A stretch of DNA of 64,000 bases from Gallionella sp. (GCA_030652475.1 JAUSAO010000003.1:12960-76959); one strand, 5' to 3'; shown: positions 38,087-48,992, numbered from the stretch's first letter. The notes: a model not told the origin generated them from the sequence alone. Numbers and translations are program-made.

Positions 38087-39226
38087 TCAATCCCAGCTTA
38101 ACGATCCGCCCGTCTGATATTCAGTCACACGTGTTTCAAAGAAGTTCTTTTCCTTCTTCAGGTCTATCATTTCCGCCATCCACGGGAACGGGTTGGTCGC
38201 GCCCGGATACAAGATATCCACACCGATCTGCTGGCAGCGACGATTGGCGATAAAACGCAAATATTCCTTGAACATGGTGGAATTCAGGCCAAGGATGCCG
38301 CGCGGCATGGTGTCTTCGGCATAGGCATATTCCAGTTCCACGCCTTTTTGCATCAGGCCGCGGATTTCCTCGCGGAACTCAGGCGTCCACAGATGCGGAT
38401 TTTCCATCTTGATCTGATTGATCAGATCCACACCGAAATTCAAATGCATGGATTCGTCGCGCAGGATGTACTGATACTGCTCCGCCGCACCGGTCATCTT
38501 GTTCTGGCGACCCAAAGCCAGAATCTGCACGAAGCCGACATAGAAAAACAGCCCTTCCATGATGCAGGCGAATACGATCAGGCTGCGCAGCAAGGCGCGA
38601 TCGGTCTCCGGCGTGCCGGTCTTGAATTCAGGGTTGGTCAGCACGTCGATATACGGCAGCAGGAATTCATCCTTGTTACGGATGCTGGGCACTTCGTGGT
38701 ACATGTTGAAGATTTCGCCCTCATCCAGCCCCAGACTCTCCACGATGTACTGGTAGGCGTGGGTGTGTATCGCCTCCTCGAAGGCCTGACGCAGCAGGAA
38801 CTGGCGGCATTCCGGGTTGGTGATATGGCGATACGACCCCAGCACGATGTTGTTCGCCGCCAGGCTGTCCGCGGTGGTGAAGAAGCCCAGATTGCGCTTG
38901 ACCAGACGGCGCTCGTCATCGGAGAGCTTGTCGCTCTTCCACAACGCGATGTCCGCCGTCATATTCACTTCCTGCGGCATCCAGTGGTTCGCGCAGGCAG
39001 CCAGGTATTTCTCCCACGCCCATTTGTATTTGAAGGGAACCAGCTGGTTCACGTCCGCGTTGCAATTGATGATGCGTTTGTCTTCCACGCGAATGCGGCC
39101 GGTGGATGCCGTCGCAGGTGTTGTCACCGGCGCGAACGCAGGCGTCTTGACAGGCGCAGTATTGAAAGCGCCTGTCACACCCGCAGACGCCGCAGTCGGC
39201 TTGATTTCTTCGTCAAATATCAGCAT
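38087..39226 (-). CDS. nrdB: Ribonucleotide reductase class Ia beta subunit
   Basis: [27 protein letters not shown] and C-terminal [11 protein letters not shown]. Confidence 0.95.
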   Translation of the reverse strand: MLIFDEEIKPTAASAGVTGAFNTAPVKTPAFAPVTTPATASTGRIRVEDKRIINCNADVNQLVPFKYKWAWEKYLAACANHWMPQEVNMTADIALWKSDKLSDDERRLVKRNLGFFTTADSLAANNIVLGSYRHITNPECRQFLLRQAFEEAIHTHAYQYIVESLGLDEGEIFNMYHEVPSIRNKDEFLLPYIDVLTNPEFKTGTPETDRALLRSLIVFACIMEGLFFYVGFVQILALGRQNKMTGAAEQYQYILRDESMHLNFGVDLINQIKMENPHLWTPEFREEIRGLMQKGVELEYAYAEDTMPRGILGLNSTMFKEYLRFIANRRCQQIGVDILYPGATNPFPWMAEMIDLKKEKNFFETRVTEYQTGGSLSWD

Positions 39227-39246
39227 TTTGTTTCCTTAAATTAGTA

Positions 39247-39313
39247 GTGAGTCGTGAGTGGCAAGTGGTAAGTCGCAAGTAAGCAGGTTTTTCACTCACC
39301 ACTTTCCACTCAC
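39247..39313. repeat. Inverted pair of heptamer arrays (AGT / ACT cores)
   Basis: gtgagtc gtgagtg gcaagtg gtaagtc gcaagta ... cactcac cactttc cactcac, between nrdA and nrdB. Confidence 0.75.
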
Positions 39314-39399
39314 CGCTTTACTGACATGCTTCACATTCCGGATTGTGGCTCCGCCATTATTTAACTTTTGGTGTCGCCGAAACCCGGAATTCGAGCATG

Positions 39400-42240
39400 T
39401 TACTGACACGCCTCGCATTCCGGGTTGTCAATCGAGCAGAATTGCGTCTCCTGCGCCTCGCCTCCACCAACGGCGACAGCATTCAGCGCACCGGCGCGCC
39501 CGGTGGATTTCTCGGCCGATGTCGCGCCCATCGTGCGCAGATAATAGGTGGTCTTCAGGCCGCGCACCCAGGCCAGCTTGTAGGTATCATCCAGCTTGCG
39601 ACCGGACACCCCCGCCATGTAGATGTTCAGGGATTGCGCCTGATCTATCCACTTCTGACGACGTGACGCGGCTTCGATCAGCCAGCTGGGTTCGACTTCG
39701 AACGCCGTGGCATACAGGCTGCGCAACTCGGCCGGCACACGGTCGATCTTCGCCAGACTGCCGTCGAAGTATTTCAGGTCTGAGATCATCACCTCATCCC
39801 ACAAGCCCAGCTCCTTCAGGTCAGCAACCAGATTGTCGTTGATCACGGTGAACTCGCCGGACAGATTCGATTTCACAAAAATGTTCTGGTAAGTCGGCTC
39901 TATGCAGGCCGATACGCCGATGATGTTCGAGATCGTCGCGGTCGGGGCAATCGCAACGCAATTGGAATTGCGCATGCCGTATTGCTCGATGCGGGAACGC
40001 AGCGCATCCCAGTCCATGCTGACCGACATGTCCACTTCGACATAGCCGCCGCGCTCTTCGCGCAACAGATCCAGCGTGTCCTGAGGCAGGATGCCGCAAT
40101 CCCACAGGCTGCCTTTATATGAAGCGTAGCGGCCGCGCTCCTGCGCCAGTTCGGTGGAGGCCCAGTATGCGTAATAGCACACCGCTTCCATCGAACGGTC
40201 GGCGAATTCGACCGCCGCCTCGGAAGAGTACGCGGTGCGCAACTGGTGCAGACAATCCTGGAAACCCATGATGCCCAGACCGACCGGACGGTGCTTGAGA
40301 TTGGAATTGCGCGCCTTGGCGACCGCGTAATAGTTGATGTCGATCACGTTATCCAGCATGCGCATCGCGGTGTTGACGGTGCGGCGCAGCTTGTCATGGT
40401 CGATCTGCCCGGCACGTTCGTGCCCCTTGGGGTAGAGGTGCGCCGGCAGATTGACCGATCCCAGATTGCATACGGCGATCTCGTCGGCATTGGTGTTCAG
40501 GGTGATTTCGGTACACAGATTCGAGCTGTGCACCACGCCGACGTGTTGCTGCGGCGAACGGATATTGCAGGGGTCCTTGAAAGTGATCCACGGGTGTCCG
40601 GTCTCGAACAGCATGGTCAGCATCTTGCGCCACAGACTGGCCGCCTGCACCGTCTTGTACAACTTGATTTCGCCGCGCTCGGCACGCGCCTCGTAGGCGA
40701 TGTATGCCTGCTCGAAATCCTTGCCGAACAGGTCGTGCAAATCCTTCACGTCAGAAGGCGAGAACAGCGTCCAGTTGCCGCCTTCCATCACGCGCTTCAT
40801 GAACAGGTCGGGAATCCAGTTGGAGGTATTCATATCATGGGTGCGGCGACGGTCATCGCCGGTGTTCTTGCGCAAGTCCAGGAACTCTTCGATGTCCAGA
40901 TGCCATGTTTCCAGATAGGCGCACACCGCGCCCTTGCGCTTGCCGCCCTGATTGACCGCGACCGCCGTATCGTTCACCACCTTGAGGAACGGCACCACGC
41001 CCTGCGACTGTCCGTTGGTCCCCTTGATGTGCGCCCCCAGTGCACGCACCGGCGTCCAGTCGTTGCCCAGACCACCGGCAAATTTCGCCAGCAGCGCGTT
41101 TTCCTTGATCGCGTCATAAATGCCTTCCAGATCATCTTCCACTGTGGTCAGATAGCACGAAGACAGTTGTGAACGGCGTGTTCCGGAATTGAACAACGTC
41201 GGTGTGGAACACATGAAGTCGAAGCCGGACAACAGACGATAAAACTCGATCGCGCGCGCCTCCCTGTCTATCTCGTTCAATGACAGCCCCATGGCGACGC
41301 GCATAAAGAACACTTGCGGCAATTCGATACGCGTTTCCTCGACATGCAGGAAATAACGGTCGTACAACGTTTGCAGACCCAGGTAACCGAATTGCAGATC
41401 GCGCGATGCGTCCAGTTCAGCCGCCAGACGCGGCAGGTCGTATCCCGCCAGACGCTCATCCAGCAACTCGGCGGCAATGCCGCGCTTGATATATTTCGGG
41501 AAATATTCCACATAGCGCGCATCCATGTCGGCTGGCGTCACTTCTTCGCCCAATACTTCGCAGCAGATATTGTTCAACAACAGCCGCGCGGTAACAAAAT
41601 TATATGCCGGTTCATTTTCGATCAGCGCGCGCGCCGACAGAATCAGACATTTGTGTACCTCATGCATAGGCACGCCATCGTACATATCCTTCAAGGCGCT
41701 GCGTATGACTTTTTCTGCATCGACCACGTCGCCCAGGCCCGCACAGGCGGATTGCACCAGAACAGTGAAACGGTCCAGATCCAGTGGGCGCACCACCCCG
41801 TCTTCGCTGGTGACGTTTATGACGTGAACCGGCTCCTGCGTTCTGGATTTGGCGCGTGAGCGTGAATGTTCTTCGCGATACAACACATAGGCGCGCGCAA
41901 CATCATGTTCACCGGAGCGCATCAGACCCAATTCAACCTGATCCTGAATATCCTCGATATGCAGCGTGCCGCCATGCGGCTGACGGCGCATCAACGCGCT
42001 GACCACCCCGCCGGTGAGTTGCTCGACGATTTCGCGGACACGTGCGGAAGCCGCACCCTGGCCACCGCTCACGGCGATGAAAGCCTTGGTTAACGCGACC
42101 GAGATTTTCGCTGGCTCAAACACCACCACAGAACCATTGCGTCGAATAACCTTGTATTGATCAAACTGCTGCCCTGCAGATGCAACAGTATTGGCAGACG
42201 AAAAAGAAGCGGAGGCGCTATAAGCAGCGGAATTTGGCAT
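39400..42240 (-). CDS. nrdA: Ribonucleotide reductase class Ia alpha subunit
   Basis: ATP cone (VIRRNG), STPTLFNSG, LSSCY, SNLCTEI, APTATIS, GLKTTYYLR and C-terminal CEAC; start uncertain (42240 or 42246). Confidence 0.95.
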   Translation of the reverse strand: MPNSAAYSASASFSSANTVASAGQQFDQYKVIRRNGSVVVFEPAKISVALTKAFIAVSGGQGAASARVREIVEQLTGGVVSALMRRQPHGGTLHIEDIQDQVELGLMRSGEHDVARAYVLYREEHSRSRAKSRTQEPVHVINVTSEDGVVRPLDLDRFTVLVQSACAGLGDVVDAEKVIRSALKDMYDGVPMHEVHKCLILSARALIENEPAYNFVTARLLLNNICCEVLGEEVTPADMDARYVEYFPKYIKRGIAAELLDERLAGYDLPRLAAELDASRDLQFGYLGLQTLYDRYFLHVEETRIELPQVFFMRVAMGLSLNEIDREARAIEFYRLLSGFDFMCSTPTLFNSGTRRSQLSSCYLTTVEDDLEGIYDAIKENALLAKFAGGLGNDWTPVRALGAHIKGTNGQSQGVVPFLKVVNDTAVAVNQGGKRKGAVCAYLETWHLDIEEFLDLRKNTGDDRRRTHDMNTSNWIPDLFMKRVMEGGNWTLFSPSDVKDLHDLFGKDFEQAYIAYEARAERGEIKLYKTVQAASLWRKMLTMLFETGHPWITFKDPCNIRSPQQHVGVVHSSNLCTEITLNTNADEIAVCNLGSVNLPAHLYPKGHERAGQIDHDKLRRTVNTAMRMLDNVIDINYYAVAKARNSNLKHRPVGLGIMGFQDCLHQLRTAYSSEAAVEFADRSMEAVCYYAYWASTELAQERGRYASYKGSLWDCGILPQDTLDLLREERGGYVEVDMSVSMDWDALRSRIEQYGMRNSNCVAIAPTATISNIIGVSACIEPTYQNIFVKSNLSGEFTVINDNLVADLKELGLWDEVMISDLKYFDGSLAKIDRVPAELRSLYATAFEVEPSWLIEAASRRQKWIDQAQSLNIYMAGVSGRKLDDTYKLAWVRGLKTTYYLRTMGATSAEKSTGRAGALNAVAVGGGEAQETQFCSIDNPECEACQ

Positions 42241-42281
42241 GGACATATCCCCAGGGTTGGCTAATCGAAAGTTACTCAAAA

Positions 42282-42328
42282 CCACTATATATAGTATTTT
42301 TTTAAGTGGTGGGCGCTGATTGTAGTGT
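42282..42328. promoter_or_regulatory. NrdR box, plus a possible second degenerate box 31 bp away
   Basis: Perfect palindrome actatatatagt at 42284-42295 matches the NrdR-box consensus core; weaker gcgctgattgtagtgt at 42313-42328; upstream of nrdA. Confidence 0.7.
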
Positions 42329-42436
42329 TATGAATAAATATTGCAAGCATAAAGAATCACCACTTCGGCACTTAAGGAGCAGGGTTGCACGGATAAACCA
42401 AAAGGAAACAATGAGTAGCAAATAAAAGCTGATATC

Positions 42437-42979
42437 CTACTCGACGGATAATTTGACGAGATAACGCAGCCAGTCGAAACAGGGGCCGGGATCTGTCTTG
42501 CGGTCGGGTGCAATATGGCTGTGACCGGCGATGCCACGGATGGGGAACACTGCGCGCAATGTCAGGGTCAGTTGATGCAGCACGGCGTATTGCGCATCGG
42601 TGAACGGCACAGAATCTGTGCCTTCCAGTTCGACGCCGATAGCAAAATCATTGCAGCGCGCCCTACCCTGCCAGACGGATGCCCCCGCATGCCAGGCACG
42701 CTGCAAAACGGATACGAACTGTATCAACTGCCCGTCGCGACGAATATAAAAATGCGATGACACCCGCCCTTCAGGAATCGTCCGATAATACGGATGCGCA
42801 TTCCTGTCCAGTGTGTTGGTGAACAGACGTTGCACGCCGTCACCGCCAAATTCGCCAGGAGGCAGGCTGATATTGTGTATCACCAGCAGGTCGATATCAC
42901 CTGCAGTTCGCGCGTCAAAATTGGGGGAGGCAAGATGCTCGCAACCTTGCAGCCAGCCATTGCCGTCAATCAGCATCAT
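42437..42979 (-). CDS. ampD: 1,6-anhydro-N-acetylmuramyl-L-alanine amidase
   Basis: SPNFDAR, IHNISLPPG, VSSHF, RAWHAG, GVELEG and RKTDPG. Confidence 0.93.
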   Translation of the reverse strand: MMLIDGNGWLQGCEHLASPNFDARTAGDIDLLVIHNISLPPGEFGGDGVQRLFTNTLDRNAHPYYRTIPEGRVSSHFYIRRDGQLIQFVSVLQRAWHAGASVWQGRARCNDFAIGVELEGTDSVPFTDAQYAVLHQLTLTLRAVFPIRGIAGHSHIAPDRKTDPGPCFDWLRYLVKLSVE

Positions 42980-44357
42980 CAGTACCGTTCGGGCTTTTAA
43001 TGCCCAGCCTGTCCATACGGTAGCGCATGGTTCGGAAAGTCAGCCCCAGCAGCCTGGCGGCAGCGGTGCGATTAAAGTTGGTTTGTTGCAAGGCTTCCAG
43101 CAGCGCTTCTTTCTCGACACGATCCAGATAGTCCGGCAGCGGATATTTATCGCTTACCTCGCCCACCTCCGATTGATTGCACTCCATCGGGGTCAGATGC
43201 AAGTCCTGAACGGTGATCACTCCATCCGAACACAAAGCCAGCGCCCGCTCGATAATATTTTCCATTTCACGAACGTTTCCCGGAAAATCATATCGTTGCA
43301 AAGCACTCAAGGCTTCTGCGGAAAAACGCACCGGTACACCCGCACGCAACCGTTCCAGCGCATGACAGGCAATTTCCACAATATCTTCACGCAGTTCGCG
43401 TAACGACGGCATCTGAATGGGAATGACATTCAAACGATAATAGAGATCCTGCCTGAACTGCCCCTGTCTCACGCATTCGGCCAGATCGTTATGCGTCGCG
43501 CTGATGAGGCGCACATCCACTTCTTCTTCACTGGTTGCGCCCACTTTGCGGACGCGTTTTTCCTGAATCGCACGCAACAGCTTGACCTGCATGAGCAAGG
43601 GTAAATCGGCCACCTCATCGAGAAACAGGGTCCCGCCGTTCGCGGCCTGAAAAAAACCATCCCGTTCCTTATCCGCCCCGGTGAAAGCGCCTTTTTTATA
43701 ACCGAAAAATTCGCTTTCCATCAGATTCTCAGGAATCGCGCCGCAATTCACCGCAATCATAGGCTGATCCGCGCGCGACCCGCTTTGCACGATCAGCCTG
43801 GCCGCCAATTCTTTGCCGCTGCCCGATTCGCCGCTGATGTACACAGGCGCCTGACTGCGCGCAACGCGCTCGATCAGGTCACGCACCTTCTGCATCCCCG
43901 GCGCGTGACCGAGTAACAGCTTGTCACCCGGCGCACGGGGTGACGGCAGATTCAGCGCGGACTTCACCAGAGTGCGCAGCTGCTCCAGCGAGAGCGGCTT
44001 GGCAAGGTAATCGAAGGCGCCCGCCTTGAGCACGGTGATTGCATTTTCCATATTGCCGTGCGCGGTAATCACCGCGACAGGCACATCCGGATTGTTCTGC
44101 GCAATGTAACGCACGACTTCCAGACCATCGCCATCCGGCATGCGCATATCAGTCAGGCACAAATCATAGTGACACGCATCCAGTTTAGTCAGGGCCTCGC
44201 GCACGTTACCCGCCTTATCCACAACCAGCCCCATTTTGAGCATGGCCATTTCCAGCAATTCCAGGATATCCGGCTCATCATCCACCAGCAGTACACGAGC
44301 CGTCTTGTCCCGTTCTTCCTGCAATATGTCGCGTTTGTTTTTTTGATTATCTGCCAT
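42966..44357 (-). CDS. pilR: Sigma54-dependent response regulator (PilR-like)
   Basis: Receiver LVDD/LTDMRMPD, AAA+ GESGSGKE, ESEFFGYKKGAFTGA, FRQDLYYRLNV and Fis HTH. Confidence 0.82.
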   Translation of the reverse strand: MADNQKNKRDILQEERDKTARVLLVDDEPDILELLEMAMLKMGLVVDKAGNVREALTKLDACHYDLCLTDMRMPDGDGLEVVRYIAQNNPDVPVAVITAHGNMENAITVLKAGAFDYLAKPLSLEQLRTLVKSALNLPSPRAPGDKLLLGHAPGMQKVRDLIERVARSQAPVYISGESGSGKELAARLIVQSGSRADQPMIAVNCGAIPENLMESEFFGYKKGAFTGADKERDGFFQAANGGTLFLDEVADLPLLMQVKLLRAIQEKRVRKVGATSEEEVDVRLISATHNDLAECVRQGQFRQDLYYRLNVIPIQMPSLRELREDIVEIACHALERLRAGVPVRFSAEALSALQRYDFPGNVREMENIIERALALCSDGVITVQDLHLTPMECNQSEVGEVSDKYPLPDYLDRVEKEALLEALQQTNFNRTAAARLLGLTFRTMRYRMDRLGIKSPNGTDDAD

Positions 44358-46110
44358 GCTCACGCTCCGGTCTTTTCCCCAGTCGCCTCTCGCCAAAAGT
44401 AATCTGGAAGTGTGCTCCTAGCTTGTGCGCAGCCGATTCATGATATTCCAGCCATGCGCCATTCGCTTCGCACAACTCGCGTGCGATGTACAAACCCAGC
44501 CCTGTTCCCTGCTCTGCGGTAGTAAAAAACGGTTCAAACAGGCGCGCCTGATTTTCCGCTGAGATGCCGGGCCCATCATCATGCACATCCAGTATCACCC
44601 GCCCATGCTCGACAGCTAACAATAACACCAGACTGCCAGGCAACTTTTTCCCGTAATGCAGCCCGTTGCTGCACAAATTCCACAACACCTGACGCAAATG
44701 CCCCTTGTCAAAGGTAACCGTGCTGACTTGCTCAGCCTGCAACACCAACACACCGGGGGCGACCCGTTCAGACTGGACAAATTCATCGACAAACACCCGC
44801 AGCAGTACCGCCAGGTCAAACGTTTCGGACTGTGCGCGGTCGCGCCGATTCAGCTGCATCACGTCTTGCACGATGCGGTTTATGCGCTGGGTGTTATCCC
44901 TGATCAACTGCAATAACCGCTCTTGCCGCACACTACCCGGCTCTTCCTGTAATAATTCAGTCGCATAGCTGATGGCAGACAAGGGGTTGCGCACTTCATG
45001 AGCCAGATTCGCCGTCAAACGCCCCAGTGCGGCCAATTTGATTTGCTGCGCTTCAGCCTGAACATGCTGCATATCTTCCAGAAATATTACCGCACCCTGC
45101 GCCACATCGCGTTCCACACCGATAAATCTCAATCTTGCCTGCAAGCCGCCATCCAGCTGTATCGTATCGCGACTGCTGAATGTTTCGTTCTTCCACAACA
45201 GATACTGCCCGTACAGCAGCGGAAAACTGTCAGCCAGCCTGCCTGCCGATGCCTCGGTGTTACGCAGCAAACGGGCAGCGCTGGGATTCATCTGCATGAT
45301 ATGGCCGTGCTCATCCACCACCAGCACGCCATCATACATATCCCTCATCACTAGGCGATTCGCTTCCGCCATACCGATTAAATCACGGCCCCGACGCTGC
45401 GCCAGCTTTTGATTGACCAGCGCATATTTTGCCAGTTTGTGCGCCAGTCCTGCCACCGCAAAATAAGATATGCACAACAAACCGACTTGAACATATTGAG
45501 TGACTGGCGCCTCGTCGTGCCACACGGCGAAGGTATGTTCCAGTAACGCGGCGATGCTGGCCAGTGCCGCAAAAAACAGAGTGTCACGGCCACGGCTGAT
45601 GATACCCGCGACAGCCAGCGAGACCATAATCAACAGGCCAACGCTGCTCTGTATTCCGCCGCTGGCATGCGCCAGCACGGTCAAAGCGACGATATCGCTA
45701 CACACCTGCACCGCCAATTGCCATGAGAACGGCAGCCAGCGCATGTGCAGCGGAATAAAGGACAACATCACGGCGGTCGCATAAAACCAGGCCGTCATCA
45801 CAAATAGCCGCCCTTTTTCTGCGCCGAATAAACCTTCAGCGTCAAAAGCCAGAGCGATAAAAACGATAAAGCCGACTAATGCCAGACGATAGAGATTGAA
45901 ATAATTCAGCGAACGCCAGAAATCGGCGGGAATGACATCCTCGGCTTTAGCGTGAAATTCACGCAGCGATTCGTCGGCGCCGAACTCCCCGTTCAACCTT
46001 GCTTCCAATGAGGGAAGAATAAGTTGCGGTTCTCCTGCCGCTAAGCCGGCATGGCGTGCTTCCTCGCCGAAAGCGGCATCTTTGCCATGAATGTCAGAAT
46101 GCGTACTCAA
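44347..46110 (-). CDS. pilS: Sensor histidine kinase (PilS-like)
   Basis: NYFNLYRL membrane start, AHEVRNPL H-box, N-box NGL, LFEPFFTT and GTGLGLY; start uncertain. Confidence 0.8.
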   Translation of the reverse strand: MSTHSDIHGKDAAFGEEARHAGLAAGEPQLILPSLEARLNGEFGADESLREFHAKAEDVIPADFWRSLNYFNLYRLALVGFIVFIALAFDAEGLFGAEKGRLFVMTAWFYATAVMLSFIPLHMRWLPFSWQLAVQVCSDIVALTVLAHASGGIQSSVGLLIMVSLAVAGIISRGRDTLFFAALASIAALLEHTFAVWHDEAPVTQYVQVGLLCISYFAVAGLAHKLAKYALVNQKLAQRRGRDLIGMAEANRLVMRDMYDGVLVVDEHGHIMQMNPSAARLLRNTEASAGRLADSFPLLYGQYLLWKNETFSSRDTIQLDGGLQARLRFIGVERDVAQGAVIFLEDMQHVQAEAQQIKLAALGRLTANLAHEVRNPLSAISYATELLQEEPGSVRQERLLQLIRDNTQRINRIVQDVMQLNRRDRAQSETFDLAVLLRVFVDEFVQSERVAPGVLVLQAEQVSTVTFDKGHLRQVLWNLCSNGLHYGKKLPGSLVLLLAVEHGRVILDVHDDGPGISAENQARLFEPFFTTAEQGTGLGLYIARELCEANGAWLEYHESAAHKLGAHFQITFGERRLGKRPEREHGR

Positions 46111-46121
46111 TATACGACAGA

Positions 46122-46334
46122 CTATTTAAGATGCGCGTCGCGATGTTCGGCACAGCAATATTGCTGCCCCTCTGCCTGTATGCTTTCCCCTGCGGGCAGA
46201 TGCACGCCGCAATGAGCGCAACGCACCATATCCTCGGCAATGGCCTGTTTATTTGGAGGCGCCTTCTTGCGATAGGCTTTGAACAGAAAATATACCAGCG
46301 CTACGATGGCAAACAGAAATATCAGACGACTCAT
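46122..46334 (-). CDS. PP0621-like small protein (TM plus CxxC...C Zn motif)
   Basis: MSRLIFLFA...EDMVRCAHCGVHLP...YCCAEH; typical position upstream of pilS. Confidence 0.8.
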   Translation of the reverse strand: MSRLIFLFAIVALVYFLFKAYRKKAPPNKQAIAEDMVRCAHCGVHLPAGESIQAEGQQYCCAEHRDAHLK

Positions 46335-46460
46335 GGCAGATGAACCCCGTTGCGGATGGATGGGACTAATACATCGATGTAAAAAGACAGCATTTACCAA
46401 CTGTAGCGCGCATCGCAAACATGCACCGTGCAATCAGTTCAGATTTTTTCGCCCGCACTT

Positions 46461-46479
46461 GATAATGATAAAGCTAATC
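46461..46479. promoter_or_regulatory. Putative Fur-box-like site
   Basis: gataatgataaagctaatc matches GATAATGATAATCATTATC at 15/19 positions; intergenic, upstream of the PP0621-pilS-pilR operon. Confidence 0.35.
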
Positions 46480-46507
46480 TTTTCGCCTCTTTCGTGAACT
46501 GCGGATT

Positions 46508-47476
46508 TTAAAATTCCCGCGTAGCAGCAAAGTGCGCCAATTTTATCAGTGATTGTTTGTACTCGGAGTCAGCCAGCACAGCAAGGGCTGCGCAGGCAAA
46601 TTCCACCTCGCGCATGGCCTGCAAACGGGTAAAGTCCAGCGCGCCGGTGTCATGAATAATCTTCAGCACCTCGGAAAACTTGCCCACATCGCCCTGCTCA
46701 ATCGCACCCCGCACTACGGCGGCCTGCTCGGGTGTACCGTGCTGCATGGCATAAATCAGCGGCAGAGTAGGCTTGCCCTCACTGAGGTCATCGCCGAGAT
46801 GTTTACCCGTTTCAACTTCGTCAGCCGAATAATCCAGCACATCGTCCACCAGCTGAAATGCCGTGCCCAGATGCATGCCATACTTGGCAACGGCAGCTTC
46901 ATCCGCATCGGAAGCACCGGCCAGAATCGCGCCGAGACGCATCGCCGCCTCGAACAGTTTGGCCGTCTTGTAATGAATTACCCGCATGTAATTGTCTGCG
47001 TCAACGCCCGCATCATGACAGTTAAGCAGTTGCAACACCTCACCTTCGGCAATCACATTGGTTGCGTCTGCCAGCGTCTGCATCACGCGCATCTCGCCGA
47101 CTTCGACCATCATCTGGAACGCCCGCGAATACAGAAAATCGCCTACCAGCACGCTGGCCGCATTGCCAAACAGGGCATTCGCCGTCTCACGCCCGCGACG
47201 CAGACCGGATTCATCCACCACATCGTCGTGCAGCAGGGTCGCGGTATGGATAAACTCGACCACCGCAGCCAGATCGTGGTGATGCGTGCCCTGATAGGAA
47301 AATGCCCGTGCAGACAACACGACCAGAGCCGGGCGCAACCGTTTGCCGCCGCTATTGATGATGTATTCACCAACCTGATTGACCAGCAGCACTTCCGAGT
47401 GCAAGCGCTTGCGTATCACCTGATCTACTGCCGCCATATCGGCCGCGAGCAATTGTTTGAGATTATCTAAAAACAC
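46508..47476 (-). CDS. ispB: Octaprenyl-diphosphate synthase
   Basis: GGKRLRP, LLHDDVVDES, LVGDFL, FQLVDDVLDY and GKPTLP. Confidence 0.92.
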   Translation of the reverse strand: MFLDNLKQLLAADMAAVDQVIRKRLHSEVLLVNQVGEYIINSGGKRLRPALVVLSARAFSYQGTHHHDLAAVVEFIHTATLLHDDVVDESGLRRGRETANALFGNAASVLVGDFLYSRAFQMMVEVGEMRVMQTLADATNVIAEGEVLQLLNCHDAGVDADNYMRVIHYKTAKLFEAAMRLGAILAGASDADEAAVAKYGMHLGTAFQLVDDVLDYSADEVETGKHLGDDLSEGKPTLPLIYAMQHGTPEQAAVVRGAIEQGDVGKFSEVLKIIHDTGALDFTRLQAMREVEFACAALAVLADSEYKQSLIKLAHFAATREF

Positions 47477-47562
47477 GATCCATCCTAGAAGATTACTGGC
47501 AGCTGGCTATAAACCACACCGTGCCTGCGCTAACGAATCGCGCATTGTCGCATAAAAGCCAT

Positions 47563-48834
47563 TTAACCGTACACGCCCGACTTGTCGCCACGCCACAAAT
47601 ACAGACCGATCAACACGCCCACAGCGCTCAGCAGCAGCACGTAATGCGCCGGCGCCAGCGGATCAAGCGGCAGGAACATGCTCACCAGAACCGGTGTCAG
47701 TCCACCGAATACCGCATAGGCCACATTATATGAAAATGACAAACCGGAGAATCGGACCACGGCCGGAAAGGCGCTTACAGCCACACCAGGAATCACCCCT
47801 ATTACGCCGACAGAAAATCCGCACAGCGCATAGAGAGCATTGATGTGTTGCGGAGTGACTGACATTTGGTTGTAGAGCAGCATTGAGGTATAGCCCAACA
47901 TCACACAACCCGCCATCATCACCCGCCCCGGGCCGAAACGATCAGATAATGCACCGAACACGATGCAGCCGAGGCTTAGGAACAGAGTGGCGATGCTATT
48001 CGCCTGCAAAGCCACGGTGGCCGGGATGGCATAGAGCTTTTGTAACATTATCGGCGTCATTAATATCATCACGATGATCGCCGCCGACAACAGCCAGGTC
48101 ATGGCCATGGTCAACATTACCGCAGGCCGGTGGGCTCGAATCACGGTTTTCAGCGGCAGTTCGTCGGCCAGCGTCTGTCGTGCCTGCATCTCTTTAAATA
48201 CCGGTGTTTCATTCAGCCACTGGCGCAACCACACCGACAATAATCCAAACAAACCGCCCAGAATAAAAGGCACCCGCCACCCTTCACTCAGCAGCTCAGC
48301 TGGCGTATAGATTTCATTGATTGCGCTTGCCACCAGAGAGCCCAGCAGAATTCCGCCTGTCAGGCCAGCCGTCAGAGTGCCGCAGGCAAACCCGACATGC
48401 CGAGCGGGTACATGCTCAAAGACAAACACCCATGCACCGGGAATTTCACCCCCTATGGCCGCGCCCTGCATGATGCGCAATGCCAGCAACAACAAGGGTG
48501 CCCAGATACCGATCACGGCATAGGTAGGCAACAGACCGATCGCCAGGGTAGGCAAAGACATCAACAGAATACTCAGCATGAACATACGCTTGCGCCCGAG
48601 CAGATCGCCAAAGTGTGCCATCACAATACCGCCCAGCGGGCGCGCCAGATAACCCGCAGCAAAGATGCCGAAGGTTTGCAACTGCCTTAACCAGTCCGGC
48701 ATATCCGGCGGAAAAATCAACTGCCCGATTACGACTGCGAAGAACACGAAAATGATGAAGTCATAGAACTCCAGCGCCCCGCCCAAAGCCGATAATGCCA
48801 GTGTCTGATAATCCTTGCGACTCAGTGTCGACAT
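47563..48834 (-). CDS. MHS-family MFS transporter (ProP/YhjE-like)
   Basis: ALEFYDF, RPLGGIVMAHFGDLLGRK and QGAAIGGE. Confidence 0.88.
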   Translation of the reverse strand: MSTLSRKDYQTLALSALGGALEFYDFIIFVFFAVVIGQLIFPPDMPDWLRQLQTFGIFAAGYLARPLGGIVMAHFGDLLGRKRMFMLSILLMSLPTLAIGLLPTYAVIGIWAPLLLLALRIMQGAAIGGEIPGAWVFVFEHVPARHVGFACGTLTAGLTGGILLGSLVASAINEIYTPAELLSEGWRVPFILGGLFGLLSVWLRQWLNETPVFKEMQARQTLADELPLKTVIRAHRPAVMLTMAMTWLLSAAIIVMILMTPIMLQKLYAIPATVALQANSIATLFLSLGCIVFGALSDRFGPGRVMMAGCVMLGYTSMLLYNQMSVTPQHINALYALCGFSVGVIGVIPGVAVSAFPAVVRFSGLSFSYNVAYAVFGGLTPVLVSMFLPLDPLAPAHYVLLLSAVGVLIGLYLWRGDKSGVYG

Positions 48835-48966
48835 CCCCACTCCCATAATTTCAAAAATCGTGGCAGTGTATGTTAAGCCATGCCCATCACGCAATGCATA
48901 AGCCACCGGCTTACACTGCGACAGCTCTGCGGTGTCGCATATCACACCCGCAAGCGAGCAAAAACG

Positions 48967-48992
48967 ACAAAGGGCACGACTAGCGTGCCCCT
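48967..48992. terminator. Possible intrinsic terminator after the pentapeptide gene
   Basis: aaagggcacg-acta-gcgtgcccctt hairpin, with a T-rich tail on the minus strand. Confidence 0.45.

Noticed and set aside
39258-39842. ORFs spanning the nrdA-nrdB junction (39258-39842, 39343-39666) as a possible homing endonuclease or intron ORF
   Set aside because: They are antisense to nrdA, have no HNH, GIY-YIG or LAGLIDADG motif, and nrdA and nrdB are uninterrupted.
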